DNA of 64,000 nt, from IMG/VR virus record IMGVR_UViG_3300025127_006147, positions 32,001-96,000 of that record. The stretch is one strand, 5' to 3'. The stretch is from a virus. Positions 9,609-17,676 of the stretch are shown here, piece by piece. The translations under genes and the position numbers were made by a program. Positions within the stretch are counted from its first letter, which is position 1, and every line of letters starts with the position of its first letter. The notes under the pieces are model-generated. The model worked only from the letters and a program-made list of their open reading frames with translations. It had not been told where the DNA came from and searched no databases.

Positions 9609-11558
9609 ATGAAACTTAATTATAAAAAACAAAAATTAGTAGAAAGTTTAGGTTTTAACGTAAATTTCAAAAACCATTATGGTAATAAACCACAAAACGT
9701 TAAAGTAACACCAGACCAGTTCAAAAGATTAATGGAGTCTTACTTAGTATATGAGGAAGAAATACACAAGGAAGAGGAGGATTTAGAGTTAGCAGAATTC
9801 TCTGATTCATTCCAAGACGAACTTGACCAAGACATATTAGATGAAATGGATATGGAAAAAGAAACCAAAGAAGGGTATGGTAAAAAACATATGGACGAAA
9901 TGAACTTTGGTGATGACGGTGGTTTGAATTTACCTTCAGATGTAGATATGGATACTGAAAACGACAATAACCCGATTGATTTAGATGAATATGGTTATCA
10001 GTCTATTGACCATTCTGATAGAGACGAGTTCGATGGTAGAAAATCTAGAGTTGTTGGGGTATATTCAGACATTAACAAACAACGTTATGGGATGAATGAA
10101 GATTCTGAAGGAGAGGAAACATATCACTACGATGAAGATTTACACCATGACAGAGATGAATTACATCATTTAGAACGTGAAAGAAGTCACGCTCATGGTG
10201 GACATAAGTCCGACCTAGACCAACATATCGCAGCTCTAATTGATTCAATGAAGTATGACGATAAAAGAGGTGTGGGTAAAGATGATATGTACAGAAGAGA
10301 ACCAGGAACACACTTTTACCATGAAGGAAACGGTTTAGCGGAATCTGTTGACAAAACTTTTAAAATGATTAGAGAATCTATTAGAAGAGAAAGACCAAAA
10401 GGTTTAAGAATGAGTAACTATAGTAGAAAAACTTTAAATGAACAATTTGTTGGTTATACTGAAATGGGTGAACAATTCTATGGTGGTAGAGGTAACTACA
10501 ATAATCCTGGAGTAAATGCCGCTAAGGGTATTGAAGAGTTAGTTAAGAACATTAAAAAAGCTTATAACTTTATTAAAGATTCAAGAACTAGAAAACAAAT
10601 TGAAAACACCTTAGTTAAGTTACAAAACTTTATGGCTATCACAGCTGACGCAGTTATGGCAGGTAAACAACAAAGAGCACCTAGAAGAAATGACCAATTA
10701 ACTAGACCATTACCTTATCCTGAATTAGACGAACCAGAAGATTTAGAGGATATTGATGATGAGTTAGATTTAGATTCACTTAATGAGTCCCAAAAACGTA
10801 GTTTGGTTAGAGAAGCTAAAAGAGAGTTGAGAAGAAGAGCTTTAGTTGAAGAATTTTATTTACTTAACGAACAGGACGGAAAAGATAAAATTAAACAGTT
10901 AAAAGACGCTTTAAAAAGAGAAAGACAAGCTAAAAGAGATTTAAACAAACTAGGAAGAAAAGAACAAAGAGAAGAAAGAAAAAAAGCTAGAGAACAAAGA
11001 AAAGAACTCAAAAAATTCGAACAACTATGTTCTAAATTTCCAGACGCTCCAGAATGTTCTGATAAAGATGAATTCGTAAAAGATGTTGAACAAGAAATTA
11101 CAAAGGTAGAAGTTGCAACAAAAGATGCGGAAAAAGATTTCCAAAAACCCCCATCTGGGATACCAGATAAAAAACCTGGTGATTCGGTTAGTGGAAAAGA
11201 AACATCAAAGTTATGTCAACTAAAAGGAGACAAAACCTATGAGTATAAAGTAGAAAATGATGAGTGGTACAGTAGAAAAAGAGGTACAACTAAATGGAAC
11301 TCATTAGCTGGAGATAAATTTACTTTAGCAAGAGCAAGGTTAGATAAAGGTTGCCCAACGTTTAGAAAAACTAAAGAAGAAATGCCAGATGACGCGGTTA
11401 GTTCACAGGAAGATAAAGTGAGTTCAGCTACACAAACAAATGACCCAGATTCTTGGAAATCAAATATTCCAGGAAATGACCCAAAAAAGGACGCTGAAGC
11501 AAGACAAAGAGCCAGAGAATTTGCAGCTATGGGGTACCAAGGTTATTCAGGTAATTAA
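9609..11558 (+). CDS. Acidic 649-aa protein with many (L/I)xE sites; candidate internal head protein
   Basis: Low-complexity D/E-rich sequence with repeated LVES, LMES, LAES, IRES, LNEQ, LNES motifs; directly follows the sheath gene. Confidence 0.5.
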   Translation: MKLNYKKQKLVESLGFNVNFKNHYGNKPQNVKVTPDQFKRLMESYLVYEEEIHKEEEDLELAEFSDSFQDELDQDILDEMDMEKETKEGYGKKHMDEMNFGDDGGLNLPSDVDMDTENDNNPIDLDEYGYQSIDHSDRDEFDGRKSRVVGVYSDINKQRYGMNEDSEGEETYHYDEDLHHDRDELHHLERERSHAHGGHKSDLDQHIAALIDSMKYDDKRGVGKDDMYRREPGTHFYHEGNGLAESVDKTFKMIRESIRRERPKGLRMSNYSRKTLNEQFVGYTEMGEQFYGGRGNYNNPGVNAAKGIEELVKNIKKAYNFIKDSRTRKQIENTLVKLQNFMAITADAVMAGKQQRAPRRNDQLTRPLPYPELDEPEDLEDIDDELDLDSLNESQKRSLVREAKRELRRRALVEEFYLLNEQDGKDKIKQLKDALKRERQAKRDLNKLGRKEQREERKKAREQRKELKKFEQLCSKFPDAPECSDKDEFVKDVEQEITKVEVATKDAEKDFQKPPSGIPDKKPGDSVSGKETSKLCQLKGDKTYEYKVENDEWYSRKRGTTKWNSLAGDKFTLARARLDKGCPTFRKTKEEMPDDAVSSQEDKVSSATQTNDPDSWKSNIPGNDPKKDAEARQRAREFAAMGYQGYSGN

Positions 11559-11582
11559 TAACTTATAACATTTTTATTATTT

Positions 11583-11610
11583 AAAAAGGGTCCTAATGGA
11601 CCCTTTTTTT
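11583..11610. terminator. Bidirectional intrinsic terminator
   Basis: AAAAAGGGTCC-TAAT-GGACCCTTTTTTT between convergent genes. Confidence 0.9.
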
Positions 11611-11842
11611 ATTCATCTATTTTTCCTCCGTTTCCAAGGATTAGTAAAAATATCATAGGAAACATTAATGGTGCTTTTAAGATGTGGGTAAATATATAGA
11701 AGTTGAACCATCCGTTTGAAGGTTCCCCTGAGTTTTCCTGTTCAAGTTCCAAATAATTTTTTTCAATCTGTTTTTTATTTATTTCGATAAAGAAAATCAT
11801 AGTAATGATTGAAATCGTAAGGTATGTGATAATGTATGTCAT
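11609..11842 (-). CDS. 77-aa small membrane protein
   Basis: Two hydrophobic stretches (YIITYLTISIITMIFFI; LMFPMIFLLILG); has its own promoter. Confidence 0.6.
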   Translation of the reverse strand: MTYIITYLTISIITMIFFIEINKKQIEKNYLELEQENSGEPSNGWFNFYIFTHILKAPLMFPMIFLLILGNGGKIDE

Positions 11843-11868
11843 TGGTTCGTATTTTAATAATTATGATA

Positions 11869-11900
11869 CAAAGATAATAAATTCGGTGGGACTACACAAA
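11869..11900 (-). promoter_or_regulatory. Bacteroidota sigma70-type promoter
   Basis: Minus strand TTTG-N20-TATCTTTG, matching the -33 TTTG / -7 TAnnTTTG consensus. Confidence 0.7.
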
Positions 11901-11926
11901 TATATACGTAATTAGTTTACGTGATG

Positions 11927-12709
11927 TTACGAAAAACTAAAACGTCTTTTACTGTAAATTCTCCAAGCTTCGTTGTTGTCATATTTCTCATTAATTTTAC
12001 TAACAACTTCTGTAGGTAATTCCTCTTCAATTAAACTTTTTTTGGTTATGTCACATTTAATATTTGTGATTTGACTGTTCAATGAAGACATTTTAGACCT
12101 TAATTCATCAATTTGTTTTGCCAACTCTTCTTTTTCTTTTTGAGCTTTTGTCAACTCTTCACTACCATTAAACTCCTTTTTCCAAGCGTCTTCATAAGTG
12201 TCATCAGTAAATAACTCAACGTGATTTCTAGTATACCTTTCATTGATGTTGGATACTTGACCTTCAAGGTAATCGTTAATGGTATCCAACAATTTATTTG
12301 TAAAAATTTCAGTTATCCTAGGAATGTCCTGAATAAAAGTATCATAGATACCATCGTACTTTTCAATTTTCTTTTTTCTTGTACGAATTCCAGTAAATTT
12401 AAATTCTACTCTATGTGTTTCGTGCATGTTATAACATTCTGACTCTTCTCTCAGAATTTGAGAAAGTTTGACAGCTTTTAATAATTGTGGGTTGATAGAC
12501 TTAAGTGTCTCTACAATTTCTGGTTTAAGAACAACATAAACACTCATCCAAAGAGAACGGTCAAAGGAATATTTAGCGTCAACAGCTCTGTCTGCGTCTT
12601 TTTTTGAGTTGGAGGTTTTGACTATTACATCATCTTTTGTGATTCCTTCTACAATTGTTAAATATTCTTTGTCGTTACTAAATAAGCTTTCTGTTTTTTC
12701 TATCTTCAT
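11927..12709 (-). CDS. Hypothetical protein with C-terminal coiled coil (probable early gene)
   Basis: 260-aa ORF; heptad segment LTKAQKEKEELAKQIDELRSKMSSLNSQITNIK; host-type promoter upstream. Confidence 0.7.
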   Translation of the reverse strand: MKIEKTESLFSNDKEYLTIVEGITKDDVIVKTSNSKKDADRAVDAKYSFDRSLWMSVYVVLKPEIVETLKSINPQLLKAVKLSQILREESECYNMHETHRVEFKFTGIRTRKKKIEKYDGIYDTFIQDIPRITEIFTNKLLDTINDYLEGQVSNINERYTRNHVELFTDDTYEDAWKKEFNGSEELTKAQKEKEELAKQIDELRSKMSSLNSQITNIKCDITKKSLIEEELPTEVVSKINEKYDNNEAWRIYSKRRFSFS

Positions 12710-12736
12710 GTTTTTCTTTTATCGTTTTGTTATATA

Positions 12737-12768
12737 CAAATATAAGAGCTTTATTTTAAAATACCAAA
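12737..12768 (-). promoter_or_regulatory. Bacteroidota sigma70-type promoter
   Basis: Minus strand TTTG-N20-TATATTTG. Confidence 0.7.
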
Positions 12769-12788
12769 TTAAATTTATCTTTTTTTTG

Positions 12789-12819
12789 TTTGTTTACTAA
12801 ATATTTTTTCTTATATTTG
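12789..12819 (+). promoter_or_regulatory. Bacteroidota sigma70-type promoter
   Basis: TTTG(12789)-N19-TATATTTG(12812), 23 nt upstream of the HAD ATG. Confidence 0.7.
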
Positions 12820-12842
12820 TATCGAACTTTAAAACATAATAA

Positions 12843-13283
12843 ATGAAATTAGCACTTTTTGACTTTGATAATACATTATTTAAAACCCCTTATGACGAAA
12901 GTCCAAGTTATATGGATAAACCAGAAAGTTTATCAATACGTAAATGGAAATTCGAACCAATACTTGAGACTATAAAAAAGTTTAAAGAATGTAAAAAAGA
13001 AAAAAATACGAAAGTTATTTTACTTACAAATAGAATTGACAATGTTTACTCAGAATTAAAGACTTTATTAGAGGAATACGGTTTGGTATTTGACGACTAC
13101 AAAATGATTATTGGTGTGGATGGTGATAGGTCTAAAGGTAAACGAGTAAAGGACTTGATATTAAATAATAACGTGGGTTCTGTTGAGTATTGGGAAGATA
13201 AAGATAAACATATAGAAGATGTCAAAAACACCATGGACTTTTTTCCAGAGATAGAATTAAAAATAAATAAAGTAGTTATTTAA
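12843..13283 (+). CDS. HAD-superfamily phosphatase (Swiss-army-knife RNA-repair-like)
   Basis: Motif I LFDFDNTLFKTP, motif II LLTNR, motif IV YWEDKDKH. Confidence 0.8.
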   Translation: MKLALFDFDNTLFKTPYDESPSYMDKPESLSIRKWKFEPILETIKKFKECKKEKNTKVILLTNRIDNVYSELKTLLEEYGLVFDDYKMIIGVDGDRSKGKRVKDLILNNNVGSVEYWEDKDKHIEDVKNTMDFFPEIELKINKVVI

Positions 13284-13929
13284 TTCTATTAATACTACCA
13301 GTAGCCCTTTCTCCTTTAGGTAAATCTCTAGTATTATCTACAATCCAATAATTATCTACCATAGGAATTAAATCTTTAACAACTCTTCTAACTTTATCGT
13401 GATAATCAATAACCATGTCTCTAGGTAAACTTCGGTCTCTTTCTTGATTTCTCTCCAAAGCTTTATCCAATTCTGTAACAACATGAACTATAGTTACAGC
13501 ATAACCATTGTCTTTAGCTAAATTAATTACATCATTCATAACTTGTCTTTGACCACCACCCGCATCATATACAATATTAGGTGTGTGATTTCTCTCCACC
13601 TCTAAAAAGTTCTTTAAAAATCTAATAGTTAAATTTCTAGGGTCTGATGTGGTATATGACATATCTAATATCTTTTTATAACCCTCGTCAGTAGAAATAT
13701 TTTCTTTCCAAGAATCACCCCAGATTTTTTTAGCTAACGCTACTCTATAGTTGTCTACATTAAATTGTTTGTAATCAGGTAAGTCTATAAAGTTTTGTGT
13801 AACGAAACTTTTTCCCGCACCTGGGCCACCAGCAATAATTACAAAATTACCCTGAGGTCTATCAAATCCAACTACCCTGGACTCAACAAACATTAATCTT
13901 TTGATTTTCTCAATTTCTTTTAGTAGCAT
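13276..13929 (-). CDS. P-loop kinase, zeta-toxin/AAA_33-like
   Basis: Walker A AGGPGAGKS, NVD, GYAVTIVHV and lid ALERNQERDR. Confidence 0.8.
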   Translation of the reverse strand: MLLKEIEKIKRLMFVESRVVGFDRPQGNFVIIAGGPGAGKSFVTQNFIDLPDYKQFNVDNYRVALAKKIWGDSWKENISTDEGYKKILDMSYTTSDPRNLTIRFLKNFLEVERNHTPNIVYDAGGGQRQVMNDVINLAKDNGYAVTIVHVVTELDKALERNQERDRSLPRDMVIDYHDKVRRVVKDLIPMVDNYWIVDNTRDLPKGERATGSINRIK

Positions 13930-13936
13930 ATCTTTA

Positions 13937-13952
13937 TATAAATATATTTATT
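13937..13952. promoter_or_regulatory. Back-to-back divergent TATTTAT(A/T) motifs
   Basis: tataaata (13937-13944; TATTTATA on minus, facing the kinase) then TATTTATT (13945-13952, facing deoC) in a 44-bp intergenic gap. Confidence 0.6.
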
Positions 13953-13973
13953 AATGATAATAATACAATAATC

Positions 13974-14780
13974 ATGAACACAAAATTACTTATCGAAAGA
14001 ATGATGAGATTAATGGAAATAGAAGACATTAAGTCTGATATTTCAAATTATCTCGATTCAACGTATTTAAAAACATCAGAACAAGCTGGTATCTCAGACG
14101 AAGAAACTAAAAACAACGTTATGTCATTATTAGATGACGCTTTAAACCATAATATGAAATTAGTTATGGTAAGACCAGAACAGGTAGAATTAGCCAGAGA
14201 AGTAATAGACCAAAGAAACGGTAATACTTTAGTTGGTACAGTAATTGATTTCCCGTTTGGAAATGGTAGTACTTCAGATAAAGTTAATGAAGCTAAAAGA
14301 GCCATTAATATGGGTGTAGATGAAATTGATTATGTAACGGACTATAAATCTTTTAAGGCAGGAAATATAGAAAAATTTATTAGAGACATTGTAGATGGAA
14401 CCAGGGTTGGTATGGATGCTGGTAAAGTTGTTAAGTGGATTATAGAAAGTGAAGCTCTTACAAACCAAGAAATACAAGACATAACTCAGCTTATCAGAGA
14501 TGTGGTAGTTAATGAGTTTGGTGAGATACCAGCATCATCTGTTTTTGTTAAAACATCTACGGGATTTTTTAACGGTGAAAAACCAAATCCTGAAAAAACT
14601 AAAGAAGAAGACGTAATAATTATGTCTCAAAATGCTGGACCACTGAGGGTTAAAGCTTCTGGTGGTATTTATACTATAGACGATTTAAATAAAATGGTTA
14701 AAGCTGGAGCTAGTAGAATCGGAACTTCAGCTGCCAAAGAAATAATACGTGGTGATAAAGACGTTATAAAAGATTATTAA
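13974..14780 (+). CDS. deoC: Deoxyribose-phosphate aldolase
   Basis: VIDFPFG, DEIDYV, KWIIES, Schiff-base Lys in FVKTSTGF, second Lys in VKASGGI, RIGTS. Confidence 0.93.
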   Translation: MNTKLLIERMMRLMEIEDIKSDISNYLDSTYLKTSEQAGISDEETKNNVMSLLDDALNHNMKLVMVRPEQVELAREVIDQRNGNTLVGTVIDFPFGNGSTSDKVNEAKRAINMGVDEIDYVTDYKSFKAGNIEKFIRDIVDGTRVGMDAGKVVKWIIESEALTNQEIQDITQLIRDVVVNEFGEIPASSVFVKTSTGFFNGEKPNPEKTKEEDVIIMSQNAGPLRVKASGGIYTIDDLNKMVKAGASRIGTSAAKEIIRGDKDVIKDY

Positions 14781-14781
14781 A

Positions 14782-15663
14782 ATGAGTAAACGAATTAGAC
14801 AAATAATTAGAGAACAAGCTGGATTAAATTTATCCGTACAGGATGAAATCGGTAATTTGAACCCTAATGAAAGACAACAAATTAAGGGAGCGTTAATAGA
14901 TTTATTAAATAATAATCCAGAACAGGAAATGTCAGAAATAGAGTATGGTGGTATTCCTGAGTTAAAAGCTACTGGTTTAGTAGGTAAAATAGGTAAGTGG
15001 TTTAAAAGATTCTTAACAGATAAAGCTTCAGACTATTTAATCGACGCTAGTGCACAAGAAATGGAGGACACCATAAAATTAATTGACGCGTTAGACCCTA
15101 ATGACTTGACTGGTATATTCACTCCTAGAGCAATGTATTTAGGTGGTGGTATAGATTTTGCTGATGACGCGTTGTCATGGAGAACTCAGGTTGAGAACTT
15201 TTTTGGTCCTGGTCACGTAGTTAAAGGAGATAAATTATTTGAGTTAATTACCACGGGTAACATGAGTTTTAAAGGTCTTGATACTCCAGCAATACTTAAT
15301 CCATTAAGAGCAGAAACAGTAAGAGATGAAGACGATGAATTTCAACAAATGTTTAAACAGTGGAAAGCTGGTGAACTAGACGGACAGACATTCCAAAAAT
15401 TTAGAGAAAAGATTAGAGAACAAATAGTTGTACAAGATTTATATATGTTAAAAGTGTGTGACACTAACCTAATTAATTTTGATGGTACTGCTGGAGCTGG
15501 AACATTCGGAGAAGCTCAGTTTAGTGCTTTGAAAAACTCACAAATCTTTGTTTGGTTAACTAACGGAATGAAAATATCTAACATCTCTCCATGGATGATG
15601 CCCTCAATAACCAAAATTCTTCAAGAAGACGAACTTTGGCCTTTCTTGTCTAACTTCAAATAA
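14782..15663 (+). CDS. Nucleoside 2-deoxyribosyltransferase / DNPH1(RCL)-like nucleotide N-glycosidase with N-terminal extension
   Basis: MYLGGGID...SWR, ILNP, QDLYMLKVCD and GAGTFGEA carry the Tyr/Asp/Glu pattern of the NDT family. Confidence 0.7.
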   Translation: MSKRIRQIIREQAGLNLSVQDEIGNLNPNERQQIKGALIDLLNNNPEQEMSEIEYGGIPELKATGLVGKIGKWFKRFLTDKASDYLIDASAQEMEDTIKLIDALDPNDLTGIFTPRAMYLGGGIDFADDALSWRTQVENFFGPGHVVKGDKLFELITTGNMSFKGLDTPAILNPLRAETVRDEDDEFQQMFKQWKAGELDGQTFQKFREKIREQIVVQDLYMLKVCDTNLINFDGTAGAGTFGEAQFSALKNSQIFVWLTNGMKISNISPWMMPSITKILQEDELWPFLSNFK

Positions 15664-16332
15664 ATGAATCTTGTCAGAAGAATATTAAGAGAATACACTG
15701 AACAACCATTAAATGAACTAGCTAGAACTAATCGTTTAATAGTTCTTGACGTTGACGATACATTACTTAAACCTTCTGGTGTATACATCTATAGAAATTT
15801 ACCTTCAGACCCCCAAGAAATTGCATTAACACCTTACGAATACGGTTTAGAAAACGTAACCCCAGAAACGAAACAATATTACGACTATAGGGACTTTTTA
15901 GACCCAGTAAAAACACAACAATCAATAGAACAAGCTGAACCAATAGTTACTAACTTATCAGTAATGGACGATTATTTAAAATTAGGTCATCAGATAGCTA
16001 TATTAACAGCAAGGTCTAATGAACAGGTTGTTTTTGACGGATTAAAACAATGGTTAATGTATAAAGACAGAAAAGGTAACCTAATACCAATAGGGGACCG
16101 TCTAAATAGAGAAAACGTATTTGCGGTAAACGACACCAACAGAATGAGTACACTAGAGTCGGAGACTGATTATGAAAAAAAGGCGGAGATAATGGAAAAA
16201 TTAGTTAAAGTTTATGACGAAATAGTTTTCATAGATGATGATATGAAAAATATTAAACAAATGAAGATGTTAAAAAGAGATTTACCGGAAGAGCTTGCTA
16301 AGAAATTATTTGTAATGCATGCTAAAGAATAA
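15664..16332 (+). CDS. HAD-superfamily phosphatase / nucleotidase
   Basis: LIVLDVDDTLL, ILTARS, Lys in YEKKAE, IVFIDDDMKNI. Confidence 0.85.
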   Translation: MNLVRRILREYTEQPLNELARTNRLIVLDVDDTLLKPSGVYIYRNLPSDPQEIALTPYEYGLENVTPETKQYYDYRDFLDPVKTQQSIEQAEPIVTNLSVMDDYLKLGHQIAILTARSNEQVVFDGLKQWLMYKDRKGNLIPIGDRLNRENVFAVNDTNRMSTLESETDYEKKAEIMEKLVKVYDEIVFIDDDMKNIKQMKMLKRDLPEELAKKLFVMHAKE

Positions 16333-16437
16333 TTAGTATTATTATATTTATATTATATAATAGCTTGTATGCTATATGGATATAAAATTAGAAAAATAAA
16401 GTAAAGGGTTAAATTGGTCGATTTTTAAAAACCCGTA

Positions 16438-16445
16438 TATTTATT
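16438..16445 (+). promoter_or_regulatory. Candidate late promoter TATTTATT
   Basis: 33 nt upstream of the tail tube ATG. Confidence 0.5.
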
Positions 16446-16478
16446 AAGAAATAAGAACACAAAACAAAAAAAACTAAC

Positions 16479-16967
16479 ATGGCTGACTTATTAATGAAAA
16501 TGCCCATACCGTATGAACCTAAAAAGAAAAATAGGTTTATCTTAAGATTCCCTTCGTCGTTGGGTATTAATGAGTGGTATGTGGAAAGTACTTCTAGACC
16601 TGCTGTTAATATTAACCCAGTAGAAATCCCTTTCTTAAACACATCTACTTATGTAGCTGGTAGATTTACATGGAACACAATCAGTGTGACATTTAGAGAC
16701 CCTATAGGACCATCAGCGTCACAAGCACTTATGGAGTGGGTAAGATTACACGCAGAATCTGTAACAGGTAGAATGGGTTACGCTGCAGGATATAAAAAGG
16801 ACATCGATTTAGAGATGTTAGACCCTACAGGTGTTGTAGTTGAAAAGTGGATAATGCAAGGAACATTCTTAACAGACGTTAACTTCGATAGTTTAGGATA
16901 TAGTGATGATGCAATTGCAACTATTTCAGCAACCTTGAGACCAGATAGATGTATATTAGTATACTAA
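16479..16967 (+). CDS. Tail tube protein (gp19-like)
   Basis: YEPKKKNRFILRF, VAGRFTWNTISVTFRD, YKKDIDLEMLDPTG, FDSLGYSDD. Confidence 0.9.
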   Translation: MADLLMKMPIPYEPKKKNRFILRFPSSLGINEWYVESTSRPAVNINPVEIPFLNTSTYVAGRFTWNTISVTFRDPIGPSASQALMEWVRLHAESVTGRMGYAAGYKKDIDLEMLDPTGVVVEKWIMQGTFLTDVNFDSLGYSDDAIATISATLRPDRCILVY

Positions 16968-16987
16968 TCTACATTACATAAAATTTT

Positions 16988-17016
16988 AAAACCCGTACTT
17001 AGTGTATGGGTTTTTT
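16988..17016. terminator. Intrinsic terminator after tail tube (possibly bidirectional)
   Basis: AAAACCCGTAC-TTAGT-GTATGGGTTTTTT. Confidence 0.75.
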
Positions 17017-17628
17017 ATTTAAAGGAGCTTTGTTTTTTATTTTAGGGTAAGGTTTTTCTTCCCATAAACAATTTAGTGTTTTATCAAAAACCATTAAGTA
17101 CCTGTGTTTACGTTCACGAGGTCGCCATTCACCTTTTTTACCTTTAACTGGACCTCTCTGATGTTTAACAAAAGAACCATCCCCTAACTCAAACCAAAAG
17201 TCTTTTTTAGAGTCAGTTAAACCGTAATATTTAAAATTTGTGGCTTGATATATAAAACCAGTGTGTAGAGAAGAATCTGCATAAGATAGTATGGACCTAA
17301 CCGTTGTTTCTTTTTTTAATTTTTTTATACATCTAGAAACAAACCAAGACAATATGTTCTTTTCTTTAATTTGAGGGTCTAAACATAAACGACCTAATTC
17401 ATATACACCGTTTTGTTCTGTTCTACTTAAACCAAAACAGCCTTTTAATGTTTCGGGTACCGATGGAGAGTGAAACACACAAACACCAACTAAAACAGTA
17501 TCCTTATATAAACCAAAATTAAAACCAGTTCTAAAGCCTTTACTTTTTTTATTTAAATAATGATATTGTGAAAGTATGGACTTACATAAATCTTTACTTA
17601 TTATTTGTATGTTATAGGTTTTATTCAT
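16999..17628 (-). CDS. Mom-like GNAT-fold DNA adenine-modification enzyme
   Basis: QYHYL, GVCVF, YELGRLCL, ILSYADSSLHTGFIYQATNFKYYG, the Mom-family pattern. Confidence 0.75.
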   Translation of the reverse strand: MNKTYNIQIISKDLCKSILSQYHYLNKKSKGFRTGFNFGLYKDTVLVGVCVFHSPSVPETLKGCFGLSRTEQNGVYELGRLCLDPQIKEKNILSWFVSRCIKKLKKETTVRSILSYADSSLHTGFIYQATNFKYYGLTDSKKDFWFELGDGSFVKHQRGPVKGKKGEWRPRERKHRYLMVFDKTLNCLWEEKPYPKIKNKAPLNKKPIH

Positions 17629-17676
17629 TGTAATAATTATAGCAAAAATAAACTAAAAAGTATATAAAATAAATAA

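Noticed and set aside
11905-11922. ACGTAA-ttagt-TTACGT inverted repeat
   Set aside because: Weak AT-rich 6-bp stem without a U-tract; insufficient support as a terminator or operator.
13276-13929. Classical epsilon-zeta toxin-antitoxin module
   Set aside because: No upstream co-oriented antitoxin gene; the kinase has its own divergent late-type motif and a leader peptide.
16409-16642. 77-aa minus-strand hydrophobic ORF
   Set aside because: Overlaps the tail tube start and its promoter region; hydrophobicity comes from the A-rich leader read antisense.
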